This document shows positions 55,608 through 64,000 of a stretch of DNA of 64,000 nt, one piece after another. Every line of letters begins with the position of its first letter. The stretch's first letter is position 1. The stretch lies in contig JAUSGG010000034.1 of assembly GCA_030649165.1 (NCBI GenBank), positions 4,546 through 68,545 of the forward strand, in the 5' to 3' direction. A model generated the notes under the pieces. It did no database searches. It was not told where the DNA came from and saw only the letters and a program-made list of their open reading frames with translations. The position numbers were made by a program, and so were the translations under genes. The DNA comes from Armatimonadota bacterium. GTDB taxonomy: Bacteria > Armatimonadota > UBA5829 > JAUSEB01.

Positions 55608-56512
55608 AGGCCGACGATCTGACAGCCCGGATCATCGAGCTGAAAAGCCGGCGAAACGCCGTGATCCTGGCCCACAACTACCAGCTCGCGGAGGTGCAGG
55701 ACATCGCTGATTTCGTCGGCGATTCGCTGGAGTTGAGCCGGAAAGCGGCGGAGACGGACGCCGACGTGATCGTGTTCTGCGGCGTTCACTTTATGGCGGA
55801 GACGGCGAAGATACTTTCTCCTCATAAAACGGTCCTGCTTCCCGATCCGCGCGCGGGCTGTCCGATGGCGGATATGATCGATGTGGCGAGATTGCGGGAG
55901 TTCAAGGCGCGGTATCCGGGACTGCCGGTGGTTGCTTATGTCAACACGACGGCGGACGTGAAAGCGGAGAGCGATATATGCTGCACGTCCGCCAACGCGG
56001 TCAAAGTCGTGGAGTCCCTGGACGCGCCCGCTGTACTGTTCGTGCCGGACAAATGCCTTGGGGCTTACGTGGCGTCCAGGACATCGAAGCGGATTGTTCT
56101 CTACCCAGGCTATTGCCCAACCCATCATCGCATCCTTCCGGAGTATGTGCTTGAGCAGAAAGCGGCGCATCCCGATGCCGTTGTGATAGCGCACCCGGAG
56201 TGTACCCCGGAGGTCCTGGCGCTCACCGACGTAATCGCGAGCACTTCCGGGATCGTGAGGCACATTGCCCAGAGTGAGGAAGCGGAGTTCATCGTTTGCA
56301 CCGAACGCGGACTGATGCATCGTCTGCAACAGGACAATCCGAACAAGAGGTTCTACAATCCGGGAAACCTGAACATCTGTCCGAACATGAAGAAGATCAC
56401 GCTCGAGAAGGTAGCCTGGTCGCTTCAGGATATGGTGTATTCGATTGAGGTTCCCGAGGATATCATTCGGAAGGCGCGCGCGGCTATAGATGGAATGGTG
56501 GGGATTGGGTAG
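55604..56512 (+). CDS. nadA: Quinolinate synthase
   Basis: ILAHNYQ, VFCGVHFMAE, AGCPMAD, YVNT, HPEC, CPNMKK. Confidence 0.97.
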   Translation: MKADDLTARIIELKSRRNAVILAHNYQLAEVQDIADFVGDSLELSRKAAETDADVIVFCGVHFMAETAKILSPHKTVLLPDPRAGCPMADMIDVARLREFKARYPGLPVVAYVNTTADVKAESDICCTSANAVKVVESLDAPAVLFVPDKCLGAYVASRTSKRIVLYPGYCPTHHRILPEYVLEQKAAHPDAVVIAHPECTPEVLALTDVIASTSGIVRHIAQSEEAEFIVCTERGLMHRLQQDNPNKRFYNPGNLNICPNMKKITLEKVAWSLQDMVYSIEVPEDIIRKARAAIDGMVGIG

Positions 56513-56715
56513 GACAGAGTTCTGAGCGCTGAGGTATGAGGCATGAGGTATGAGTGACCTCCCCCTAACCCCCTCCTGGGAGGAGGGGGGACTCCCTCTC
56601 CTCTTAGGAGAGGGCAGGGGTGAGGTCTTGCTTGGTGATTGCACTTCCGATCCTTCGGTAGCAGAGCGGCAGCGACGCTGCCGAAGGACGCAAGGGGCGC
56701 AATGGAAGGTGTTGT

Positions 56716-57576
56716 ATGAGTTTGGACTTGATGCAGGCGCGTAAAGTTGTGAAACGGGCGTTGGCCGAGGATATAGGCGCGGGGGACATCACGACGCGGC
56801 TGACGGTTCCCGCGTCGGCGACCGCATCGGGCGTCATCGTCGCCAAGGAAGCCGGGATAATCGCGGGGCTGCCGATTGCGGCCCTGTGCTTCGAGCTCAT
56901 CGATCCGACCGTCGCTTTTCGCGCTATGGTCAGTGAGGGACATGCCGCGCGACCCGGCGAGACAATAGCGGAGATCGCCGGTTCGGCGCAGCCTATATTG
57001 AGCGCGGAGCGCGTGGCCCTGAACTTCCTGCAGAGAATGTCGGGCATCGCGACGATGACGGCTAAGTTCGTCAAGGCGGTGGAAGGGACTCGCGCGCGGA
57101 TCGTCGATACACGAAAGACCACTCCGGGCCTGAGATTGTTTGAGAAGTACGCGGTCCGCATGGGTGGAGGGAGCAATCACCGTTTTGGCCTCGACGATGG
57201 AATTCTTATCAAAGACAACCACATTGCAATCGCCGGAGGTGTGGGGCCGGCGGTCCGCGCCGCCAGGCGCGGCGCTCCTCACACTCTCGGCGTGGAGGTC
57301 GAGGTTCGGTCTATATCCGAGATCGAGGAAGCCCTGGCCAGCGGCGCAGACGCTGTGCTGCTGGACAATATGTCGCTTGAGGAGATGCGCGAAGCCGCGC
57401 AACTGATAGCAGGCCGGGCGCTGGTCGAGGCGTCGGGGGGCGTCGACGCCGATGTGGTGTTGGCTGTTGCCGCGACGGGCGTCGATATCATATCGGTCGG
57501 AAGGCTTACGCACTCGTTTAAGTCCCTGGACCTGAGCCTGCAAATGGCTCCCGCCCGGGCCGCGGAGCCGGCTTAG
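56716..57576 (+). CDS. nadC: Quinolinate phosphoribosyltransferase
   Basis: EDIGAGDITT, ERVALNFLQRMSGIAT, DTRKTTPG, NHRFGLDD, LIKDNH, LLDN, EASGG. Confidence 0.97.
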   Translation: MSLDLMQARKVVKRALAEDIGAGDITTRLTVPASATASGVIVAKEAGIIAGLPIAALCFELIDPTVAFRAMVSEGHAARPGETIAEIAGSAQPILSAERVALNFLQRMSGIATMTAKFVKAVEGTRARIVDTRKTTPGLRLFEKYAVRMGGGSNHRFGLDDGILIKDNHIAIAGGVGPAVRAARRGAPHTLGVEVEVRSISEIEEALASGADAVLLDNMSLEEMREAAQLIAGRALVEASGGVDADVVLAVAATGVDIISVGRLTHSFKSLDLSLQMAPARAAEPA

Positions 57577-57578
57577 CA

Positions 57579-58337
57579 ATGGATCCCACGTCCGCGGACC
57601 GGATTATCGGAAAGCAAATCTTCCGCTACCCCACTGTCAGCTCCACTAATGACATTGCTCGCCAACTCGCGGCTTGCCAGGCAGACGAAGGAACGGTGGT
57701 GGTCGCCGCCGAACAAACTCTGGGCCGGGGGAGTCGGGGACGCGCGTGGATTTCGCCTGCCGGCGTCAATCTGCTGCTCAGTGTGATTCTTCGTCCGCCT
57801 GTGGAGCGAGGCAGGATTTCCGAACTTGCCTTCGTGGCCGCCGTGTCCGTGGCGCGATTCCTGAACGGCGATACAGGGTTGGCGGCGCGGGTCAAATGGC
57901 CGAACGACGTGCGCGTGGGCGGCAGGAAGATCGCAGGGATTCTGATCGAAGCGCCTGTGTGTCTGAAAAAGGAAATCCCCACCGCGGTCGTCGGCATCGG
58001 TGTAAACATTAACTGGACCGACCTTCCACCCGAGATCGCTGAAACCGCCACGTCGGTCCTGATCGAGACGGGCCGGACGCTGGACCTGGAGAGCGCTCTG
58101 ACTGGGCTTCTCGACTCGCTCGACGCGGTTTATCGCACGTACCGAGTGGACGGATTCGAAGCGGTTCTCGCGGATTGGCGCTTGTTGGACTGCACAACCG
58201 GCGAGGAGGTCACCGTTTTGCTCGACGGGGAGACAGTGCGGGGAGTGGCCGAGTCCGTGGCTTCCGACGGCTCGCTCGTCGTTCGCCAGGCCGATGGCAG
58301 CCTCAGGAAACTGACGGCGGCGGGGCAAACGGAGTAG
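57579..58337 (+). CDS. birA: Biotin-protein ligase without N-terminal HTH
   Basis: SSTND, QTLGRGSRGRAW, KWPNDV, KIAGIL, GIGVN. Confidence 0.93.
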   Translation: MDPTSADRIIGKQIFRYPTVSSTNDIARQLAACQADEGTVVVAAEQTLGRGSRGRAWISPAGVNLLLSVILRPPVERGRISELAFVAAVSVARFLNGDTGLAARVKWPNDVRVGGRKIAGILIEAPVCLKKEIPTAVVGIGVNINWTDLPPEIAETATSVLIETGRTLDLESALTGLLDSLDAVYRTYRVDGFEAVLADWRLLDCTTGEEVTVLLDGETVRGVAESVASDGSLVVRQADGSLRKLTAAGQTE

Positions 58338-58379
58338 GTGTCAGGTCGGACAAAACTAACTGAAGGAAAGGCGAATACT

Positions 58380-59627
58380 ATGGCAGGTGTTCCGAAGGCT
58401 AAGGCTATACTTTTGATCGGCGACGGTCTGGGCGACCGTCCCGTGGCCGATTTGGGCGGAAAGACTCCGCTCGAAGCGGCGAACAAGCCGGGCATGGACC
58501 GCATCGCCGCGGAAGGTGAAGTCGGGCTGATGGACCCAATAGCGCCGGGCGTGCGAGCCGGCAGCGACACGTCGCACCTGGCGATCCTGGGCTACGACCC
58601 CTATCGGTATTACACGGGCCGCGGTCCGTTCGAAGCAGCGGGGATCGGGATGGACGTAAAGCAAGGGGACATTTCATTTCGCTGCAACTTCTCGACCGTG
58701 GATGACTCAATGACCGTCATCGATCGCCGCGCCGGTAGAATTGTTGAGGGCACCGACCAACTGGCGGCGGGCGTCGACGGAATGCGAATCGAGGACGTAA
58801 GGGCGCTGTTTAAGGAGTCCGTTGCCCATCGGGGCGCTCTCGTTCTTCGCGGGCCGGGCCTGGGAGCGGACGTCAGCGACACCGACCCCCACGAAGAGGG
58901 GGCGAAAGTCCATAAGTGCGAGCCCACCGCAGCTGGAGACGAGGCGGCGGCCAAGACGGCGCGCATCGTCAACGAGTTCGTCAAGAGGTCATACGAGGCA
59001 TTGAACAACCATCCGGTGAACGTCGCGCGCCGGGAACAGGGGTTGAACCCGGCGAACATTATTCTTCCGAGGGGAGCCGGACTCGCTCCCGACCTGCGCA
59101 ACTTCGACGAACGCTACGGGCTGAAGAGCGCGTGTGTCGCCGAGACCGGGTTGATCAAGGGCGTCGCCAAGTACGTCGGCATGACAATCGTTGACGCGCC
59201 GGGCGCGACGGGAGGTCTGGATTCGGACATTATGGCAATGGGTCGCGCCATTGTAGAGGCGCTGGAATCGCACAACTTCATTCTCTGCAACGTCAAAGGT
59301 GGCGATGTGGCCGGGCATGACAATCAGCCGGCGGCAAAAGTCGCGCTGATCGAGAGGTTGGATGAGATGGTTCGGTTCCTCCTCGACCGCGCCGGATCGG
59401 AGACGTATATCGTTCTGACGTCGGACCATTCCACACCCGTGGCCGTAATGGACCATTCGGGGGACCCGGTCCCCATAGCGTTCTGGGGTCCGGGAGTGCG
59501 GACGGACGCGTGCAAGTCCTTCGGCGAACGACCGGCGGCGACAGGCGGGGTGGGGCGCATTCGGGGTGTGGACGTGATGAACATGATCACGAATCTGATG
59601 GGTGTCCAGGAGAAATTCGGCGCCTGA
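58380..59627 (+). CDS. apgM: Cofactor-independent phosphoglycerate mutase, ApgM type
   Basis: IGDGLGD, TPLEAA..P.MD, GSDTSHL, YTGRGPFEA, D.AGHD, TSDHSTP. Confidence 0.93.
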   Translation: MAGVPKAKAILLIGDGLGDRPVADLGGKTPLEAANKPGMDRIAAEGEVGLMDPIAPGVRAGSDTSHLAILGYDPYRYYTGRGPFEAAGIGMDVKQGDISFRCNFSTVDDSMTVIDRRAGRIVEGTDQLAAGVDGMRIEDVRALFKESVAHRGALVLRGPGLGADVSDTDPHEEGAKVHKCEPTAAGDEAAAKTARIVNEFVKRSYEALNNHPVNVARREQGLNPANIILPRGAGLAPDLRNFDERYGLKSACVAETGLIKGVAKYVGMTIVDAPGATGGLDSDIMAMGRAIVEALESHNFILCNVKGGDVAGHDNQPAAKVALIERLDEMVRFLLDRAGSETYIVLTSDHSTPVAVMDHSGDPVPIAFWGPGVRTDACKSFGERPAATGGVGRIRGVDVMNMITNLMGVQEKFGA

Positions 59628-59824
59628 TATTGTGAACAGTGGCGCTGCCGCATAGACCAGTGGATTGAGCGGGGCGCTAAATAGTCGATTGGCAGGCGAA
59701 CGCCTTGTTCATTTTCTTTACGCCCCTGCCCGCCGTCTGTTTCACAAGTCTCCCAATCCACGTGAGTCCGCGGTAATTAAAGTTGGAATGGCGACTTCTG
59801 AATTTTATTTTTTGGGTTCTAGTA

Positions 59825-59853
59825 TTGACAACGCTGTCCAAAGCGCCTATAGT
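59825..59853 (+). promoter_or_regulatory. sigma70-type promoter of the response regulator
   Basis: TTGACA, 17-bp spacer, TATAGT. Confidence 0.8.
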
Positions 59854-59942
59854 GCTTATGATGAGATTATATGCACATGATGTGGTCGGCGTCGCCTACC
59901 AATTGTTGGCGATGCGCTAAAACGGGAGGCGTGATTTTGGAA

Positions 59943-60650
59943 ATGACGAAACAAAAAGTACTGATTATCGATGACGAGGAGAATGTTTGCGAACTCATCT
60001 CCCTCTACTTCAGCAAGGCCGGGTATGACGTGGTATGCGCGGCCGACGGAAGTGAAGGACTTGACAGGCTGCGCGATCAGCGACCGGATATTGTGATCCT
60101 CGATCTAATGCTGCCCGGAATGGACGGGATCGATGTGTGCAAGGAGATCCGGAAGACCAGCAATGTGCCGCTCGTGATGCTGACGGCCCGAGTGGACGAG
60201 GTAGACAGAGTGCTGGGTCTGGAGATCGGCGCTGACGACTACGTTACTAAGCCTTTCTCGCCGCGTGAACTGCTGGCGAGGATCAAGGCAGTGTTGCGCC
60301 GTGCGGCTTACGTGCCAAATCCGGACGAGCAGCAAGTGTTGAAGATGCCCGGCTTGTCGATCAGCCGGATATCCCGTGAGGTCATCGTCGGCGACGACCG
60401 GATCGATCTGACCCCGAAGGAGTTCGACCTCCTCTGGTACCTGGCTTCGAACAGAAACCGAGTGTTTACTCGGGAGCAGCTTTTGGAGCACGTGTGGGCT
60501 TACCAGGAGTTCTACGGGGACGAGCGGACGGTGGACCAGCACATCAAGAGGCTCCGCCGCAAGATCGAGACCAACGGAAGCCCCTGCCGGATCACCACGA
60601 TCTGGGGTGTTGGGTACAAATTCGAGGTTCGCGAGCTTCTACCGCGGTAG
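59943..60650 (+). CDS. OmpR/PhoB family response regulator
   Basis: IDDE, ILDLMLP (phosphoacceptor D), YVTKPF, winged helix with RTVDQHIKRLR and WGVGYK. Confidence 0.95.
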   Translation: MTKQKVLIIDDEENVCELISLYFSKAGYDVVCAADGSEGLDRLRDQRPDIVILDLMLPGMDGIDVCKEIRKTSNVPLVMLTARVDEVDRVLGLEIGADDYVTKPFSPRELLARIKAVLRRAAYVPNPDEQQVLKMPGLSISRISREVIVGDDRIDLTPKEFDLLWYLASNRNRVFTREQLLEHVWAYQEFYGDERTVDQHIKRLRRKIETNGSPCRITTIWGVGYKFEVRELLPR

Positions 60651-60680
60651 CTGATACCAAAGAGTCTCGTTGTGAGATAG

Positions 60681-60720
60681 AGCTGGACGGTTGCATTTGC
60701 GACCGTCCAGCTTTCGTTTT
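60681..60720 (+). terminator. Intrinsic terminator after the response regulator
   Basis: 14-bp stem AGCTGGACGGTTGC / GCGACCGTCCAGCT (one G-U pair) followed by TTCGTTTT. Confidence 0.75.
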
Positions 60721-60825
60721 CTACCGGCAAAGCACGTGTTTCCTCCTGCAGATAGTCCACCAAATAACCGATAAGTAGATTGACGTAATAGCAGTCAGGC
60801 AGAAGGCTGAGACAGGGGGAAGCAG

Positions 60826-61038
60826 ATGCTTGTCCTGGCAAGGAAGCACGGCCAATCGATATTTGTCGGCGATAACGTGGAGATAACCATAGTGGAAGTC
60901 CGCGGAGACGTGGTGCGTCTGGGGATCAACGCTCCGGGCGGCGTGCCGGTGTACCGCAGGGAGGTATGGGAGAGGATAAAGGCCGAAAAGGAAGCCGAGG
61001 CCAACGGCGATGGCAACGGCAACGGCCAGTCCGAGTAA
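60826..61038 (+). CDS. csrA: Carbon storage regulator
   Basis: MLVLARK.GQSI..GD.VEITIVEV.G..VRLGI.AP..VPVYR.E. Confidence 0.95.
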   Translation: MLVLARKHGQSIFVGDNVEITIVEVRGDVVRLGINAPGGVPVYRREVWERIKAEKEAEANGDGNGNGQSE

Positions 61039-61215
61039 CTTCGGACTCATCAAATTGAGGCAATACCAGCGGCTCCGGAACACGGGAGCCGCTGTTTGCG
61101 TACGTATGCCGTGAAACAGGTCTCGACGGCAGGATTATGCGCAAGCCGGGGGGAAGGCTATAGCGGTTCGCAAAACGCCGTTGTGGTGCAAGACGGGTTC
61201 AATTGGAGGAACAGT

Positions 61216-62169
61216 TTGACACCGAAGGAAAGAGCAATCGCGGCTTTTGAGCTAAGAGAGCCGGATGATATCGTGCCGACTTTTGAGCTGCAATTTCAGC
61301 TTTCCGAGGCGCTGCTGGGCAAGAAACATGCGACGCAGCGGGAGTTGGACGAAGCTTCGCCGGGGGAGAAAGACCGACTCCTGAGCATTGAAGCGGAGTT
61401 GTACGTCGAGGAAGCGGAGAGGCTGGATTATTCCATTATCTCCGTAAGCTTCGGTCCTCACAATTCAGAAGACCTGCTGCAGACCATACGCCGCATTTGC
61501 CGACTGGTGGGTGAGAAGTACCTGATCGCGGTCCTGCTCGACGGGACAATGGGCATCCCGAACGGACAAACAATGATGACGCTTTCGATGCGTCTGACGG
61601 ACGACGCGGACGGCCTTAAAGCGGAACAGGACCGCAATGTGGACGGAGCTATCGAATACGCAAAACGTCTTGCCGACGCCGGCGTTGGTGTGGCATTGAT
61701 GGTTGCCGACTATTGTTTCAACGACGGACCTTTTCTGTCACCCGCGATGTTCCGCGAGTTCGTCACGCCGTATCTGGCCCGACAAGTTTCCGAGTTGAAG
61801 AAACTGGGACTGTACACGGTCAAGCACACGGACGGCAACATAATGCCCATCCTCGACCAACTCGTCGAATCGGGGGCCGACGCCCTGCATTCCATAGACC
61901 CGCAGGCCGGCGTGGACTTGAAGGAGGTCAAACGCCTGGTCGGGGACCGGATCGCGCTTTGCGGGAACGTGCGCTGCGATTTTCTGCAATCCAGAACAGT
62001 TCAGGACGCGGTCACGGACGCCGAACGTTCTCTGCGGGACGGCATGCCGGGAGGCGGCTACTTCTTCTGCACGAGCAATACGCCGTTCATTGGAATGCCG
62101 CTGGAGAATTATCTGGCGGCGCTTGACGTAAGGCGCCGGTTGGGATGGTACAAGAGGGAAGGGTTATAG
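61216..62169 (+). CDS. Uroporphyrinogen decarboxylase / MtaA-CmuA family protein
   Basis: GGAGG RBS before TTG 61216; ADDY-like VADY, FLSPAMFREFVTPY, KHTDGN, GN, GGGYFF...N. Confidence 0.8.
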   Translation: MTPKERAIAAFELREPDDIVPTFELQFQLSEALLGKKHATQRELDEASPGEKDRLLSIEAELYVEEAERLDYSIISVSFGPHNSEDLLQTIRRICRLVGEKYLIAVLLDGTMGIPNGQTMMTLSMRLTDDADGLKAEQDRNVDGAIEYAKRLADAGVGVALMVADYCFNDGPFLSPAMFREFVTPYLARQVSELKKLGLYTVKHTDGNIMPILDQLVESGADALHSIDPQAGVDLKEVKRLVGDRIALCGNVRCDFLQSRTVQDAVTDAERSLRDGMPGGGYFFCTSNTPFIGMPLENYLAALDVRRRLGWYKREGL

Positions 62170-62282
62170 GGTTATAGGTTTGTAGGGTTTTGAGGTTACG
62201 ACGGCCTTTGGTTTGGCCCCTATCACCCTATAGCCCTATGAACCTGCAATGCTACAACCCGAAACCGGCCGACTGTCAGAAG

Positions 62283-62312
62283 TTGACGTCCCGACGGATG
62301 AGGTGGTACACT
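62283..62312 (+). promoter_or_regulatory. Possible sigma70 promoter of the histidine kinase
   Basis: TTGACG, 18-bp spacer, TGn-TACACT. Confidence 0.55.
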
Positions 62313-62344
62313 ACGGGTGAGAAAATTGTCAACGCAGGTCCGAA

Positions 62345-63928
62345 ATGTGTGAGAGTGATAACAGCTTGAATGTCAAGGAGTCGGGCGCGCCTGCCTCGGC
62401 GACGCCATGCAGCGAGAGCGAGCAGCTATACCGTCTGCTGGCCGAGAACGTGACAGACGTTATCTGGACTACTGACCTCAACCTTCAGTTGACCTACTGC
62501 AGTCCTTCTGTGTACGGGCTGCGAGGTTACACTGCCGAGGAGACCATGGGACAAACCATCGACGAGATAATGACTCCAGACTCCATCGCTGTAGCTTTGG
62601 AGGCGCTTAGGGAGGCGTTGGCGTTGGAAGATCGGGGCCGTCCGGATCAGTCCGACCATCTGACGCTTGAGCTGGAACACACCTGCAAAGACGGTTCGAC
62701 GGTTTGGGCCGAAACGAGCGTGCGGCTGTTGAGGGACGCGGCGAGAGATATGGCCGGCCTCGTGGGAGTGACCCGGGATATTTCAGAGCGAAAGCGGGCC
62801 GATGACGCGCTCCGACAGAGCGAGGCCAGGTACCGGAGTATTTTCGACGCCATAGCGGACGGTATCTGTGTGTTGAGCCCGGACGGTATCATCCTCGACG
62901 CAAATACGGCCATGTGCGATATGCTCCGCTGGCCGCTGGAATGCATGCTCGGCAAGTATATCCGGGACATCGTAGACGAGCGGTTTGTCAGCGACGCGGA
63001 CGAGTTCTTCAGTCGCGTCAAGCGTTCGGGTGAGGTTCACTATGAGGTGATCACCGCGCTTGACGACGGCTCGGTTATCGCTTCGGACGTTCACGCCAGG
63101 CATCATTCATATCAAGACAAACCCGCCATACTGGTCGTAGTTCGCGATGTCACCGAGCGTAAGCAGGCCCTCGACGAACTGCGAAAACGCGCCGACCGGC
63201 TGCAGGCCCAACATGCCAGGCTAAAGGCCGCGACCGTGCAGAAAGCCAGTTTCTTCGCCAGTATGTCGCATGAACTCCGCACGCCGATGACTTCCATCAT
63301 CGGCTTTACGGAACTTCTGCTGGACGACCTTGAGGATCCGGTTTCGGCGGGTCAGCGCGAGCTGCTCCTCAAGGTTTCGCAGAACGGGCGTCGGCTGCTG
63401 GGTATGGTCAACGATCTGCTCGACCTGTCCCGCCTCGAGTCAAGAAGAATGACCCCCGTGGTGTCCGAAGTCGACCTCGGTTTGCTGATGGAGCAGATCG
63501 TGGCCAACATGCGCCCCCTTGCGAAAGACAAAGACCTGGAAATCGTCGTGACCAACGGCGGTCCGACGACCAATGTCTACACGGACGAACAGAAGTTGAG
63601 CCAAATCCTCGTCAATCTGATCAGCAACGCAATAAAGTTCACGCCATCAGGACGCGTGACCGTGGCCGCGGAAGCGACGGGATCACAGATTCAGGTCTCT
63701 GTTTCAGATACGGGACTTGGCATACCCAGGTCCGAGCATCGCAAGATATTCGACGAATTTCACACCATGGCCCAACGCGGCAGGCAAAAGATGCCCGGCA
63801 CGGGGTTGGGACTCGCGATAACGAAAAAGCTGTGCGATCTGCTTGGCGGCAAGATAAATGTTGTCAGCGAGCCGGGGAAAGGCTCGACATTCACCGTTCT
63901 GCTGCCGAATAGCAGGCCGGAAGGCTGA
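62345..63928 (+). CDS. Cytoplasmic PAS-PAS sensor histidine kinase
   Basis: Two PAS/PAC domains, H-box MSHELRTP, NLISNAIKFT, DTGLGI, GTGLGL; no TM segment. Confidence 0.95.
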   Translation: MCESDNSLNVKESGAPASATPCSESEQLYRLLAENVTDVIWTTDLNLQLTYCSPSVYGLRGYTAEETMGQTIDEIMTPDSIAVALEALREALALEDRGRPDQSDHLTLELEHTCKDGSTVWAETSVRLLRDAARDMAGLVGVTRDISERKRADDALRQSEARYRSIFDAIADGICVLSPDGIILDANTAMCDMLRWPLECMLGKYIRDIVDERFVSDADEFFSRVKRSGEVHYEVITALDDGSVIASDVHARHHSYQDKPAILVVVRDVTERKQALDELRKRADRLQAQHARLKAATVQKASFFASMSHELRTPMTSIIGFTELLLDDLEDPVSAGQRELLLKVSQNGRRLLGMVNDLLDLSRLESRRMTPVVSEVDLGLLMEQIVANMRPLAKDKDLEIVVTNGGPTTNVYTDEQKLSQILVNLISNAIKFTPSGRVTVAAEATGSQIQVSVSDTGLGIPRSEHRKIFDEFHTMAQRGRQKMPGTGLGLAITKKLCDLLGGKINVVSEPGKGSTFTVLLPNSRPEG

Positions 63929-64000
63929 CGAGGCTCCGAGTCCTGAGTTCTGAGTTTCTCAATAGCTAACCGATGCCGTCCGCGGCGCTTCAGACCGATG

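Noticed and set aside
1-64000. CRISPR array
   Set aside because: Repeats are dispersed palindromes or short tandem units; no run of constant repeats with unique equal-length spacers and no cas genes.
1-64000. rRNA, tRNA, tmRNA, RNase P or SRP RNA genes
   Set aside because: No recognisable consensus seen by eye; a covariance-model scan was not run.
1-64000. Numerous antisense and alternative-frame ORFs in the track
   Set aside because: They overlap well-supported genes and lack family motifs, as expected in GC-rich DNA.

Overview
About 48 intact CDSs from a GC-rich bacterial chromosome, plus three gene remnants. The lineage is probably Armatimonadota, inferred from recall of the pilin type and of the C-terminal module on the large peptidase; this was not searched. 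Housekeeping and metabolic content: gyaR-glxK, a livJHMGF ABC transporter, a minus-strand sugar/amide catabolic cluster (ROK kinase, deacetylase, C-N hydrolase, three Gfo/Idh/MocA oxidoreductases, enolase-family enzyme), GH99-like, GH172 and GH20 hydrolases, a GT2-GT4/pilin/DUF2723 locus, larEBC, a 1654-aa M4/M36 peptidase, an OGG-type glycosylase, a triple-repeat surface protein, a SpoIIE phosphatase, radA-nadA-nadC-birA-apgM, an OmpR regulator, csrA, a UroD-family protein and a PAS kinase. No rRNA, tRNA, CRISPR array, integrase or intact transposase was seen. The most striking content is non-coding. (1) A non-autonomous element family has 12-16-bp terminal inverted repeats (GTAA[G/C]AGTTCAG) and four different exact 8-bp target duplications; its 132-514-bp interiors are assembled from REP-like modules that also occur free. 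(2) A second REP family truncates a RAYT remnant, brackets an HExxH plus two-HEAT-protein island, and sits inside a 40-bp duplication. (3) Short 7-8-bp tandem repeats contain the stop codons of about ten genes and have entered one coding sequence in frame. All coordinates were read by eye; no alignment, folding or database search was run.
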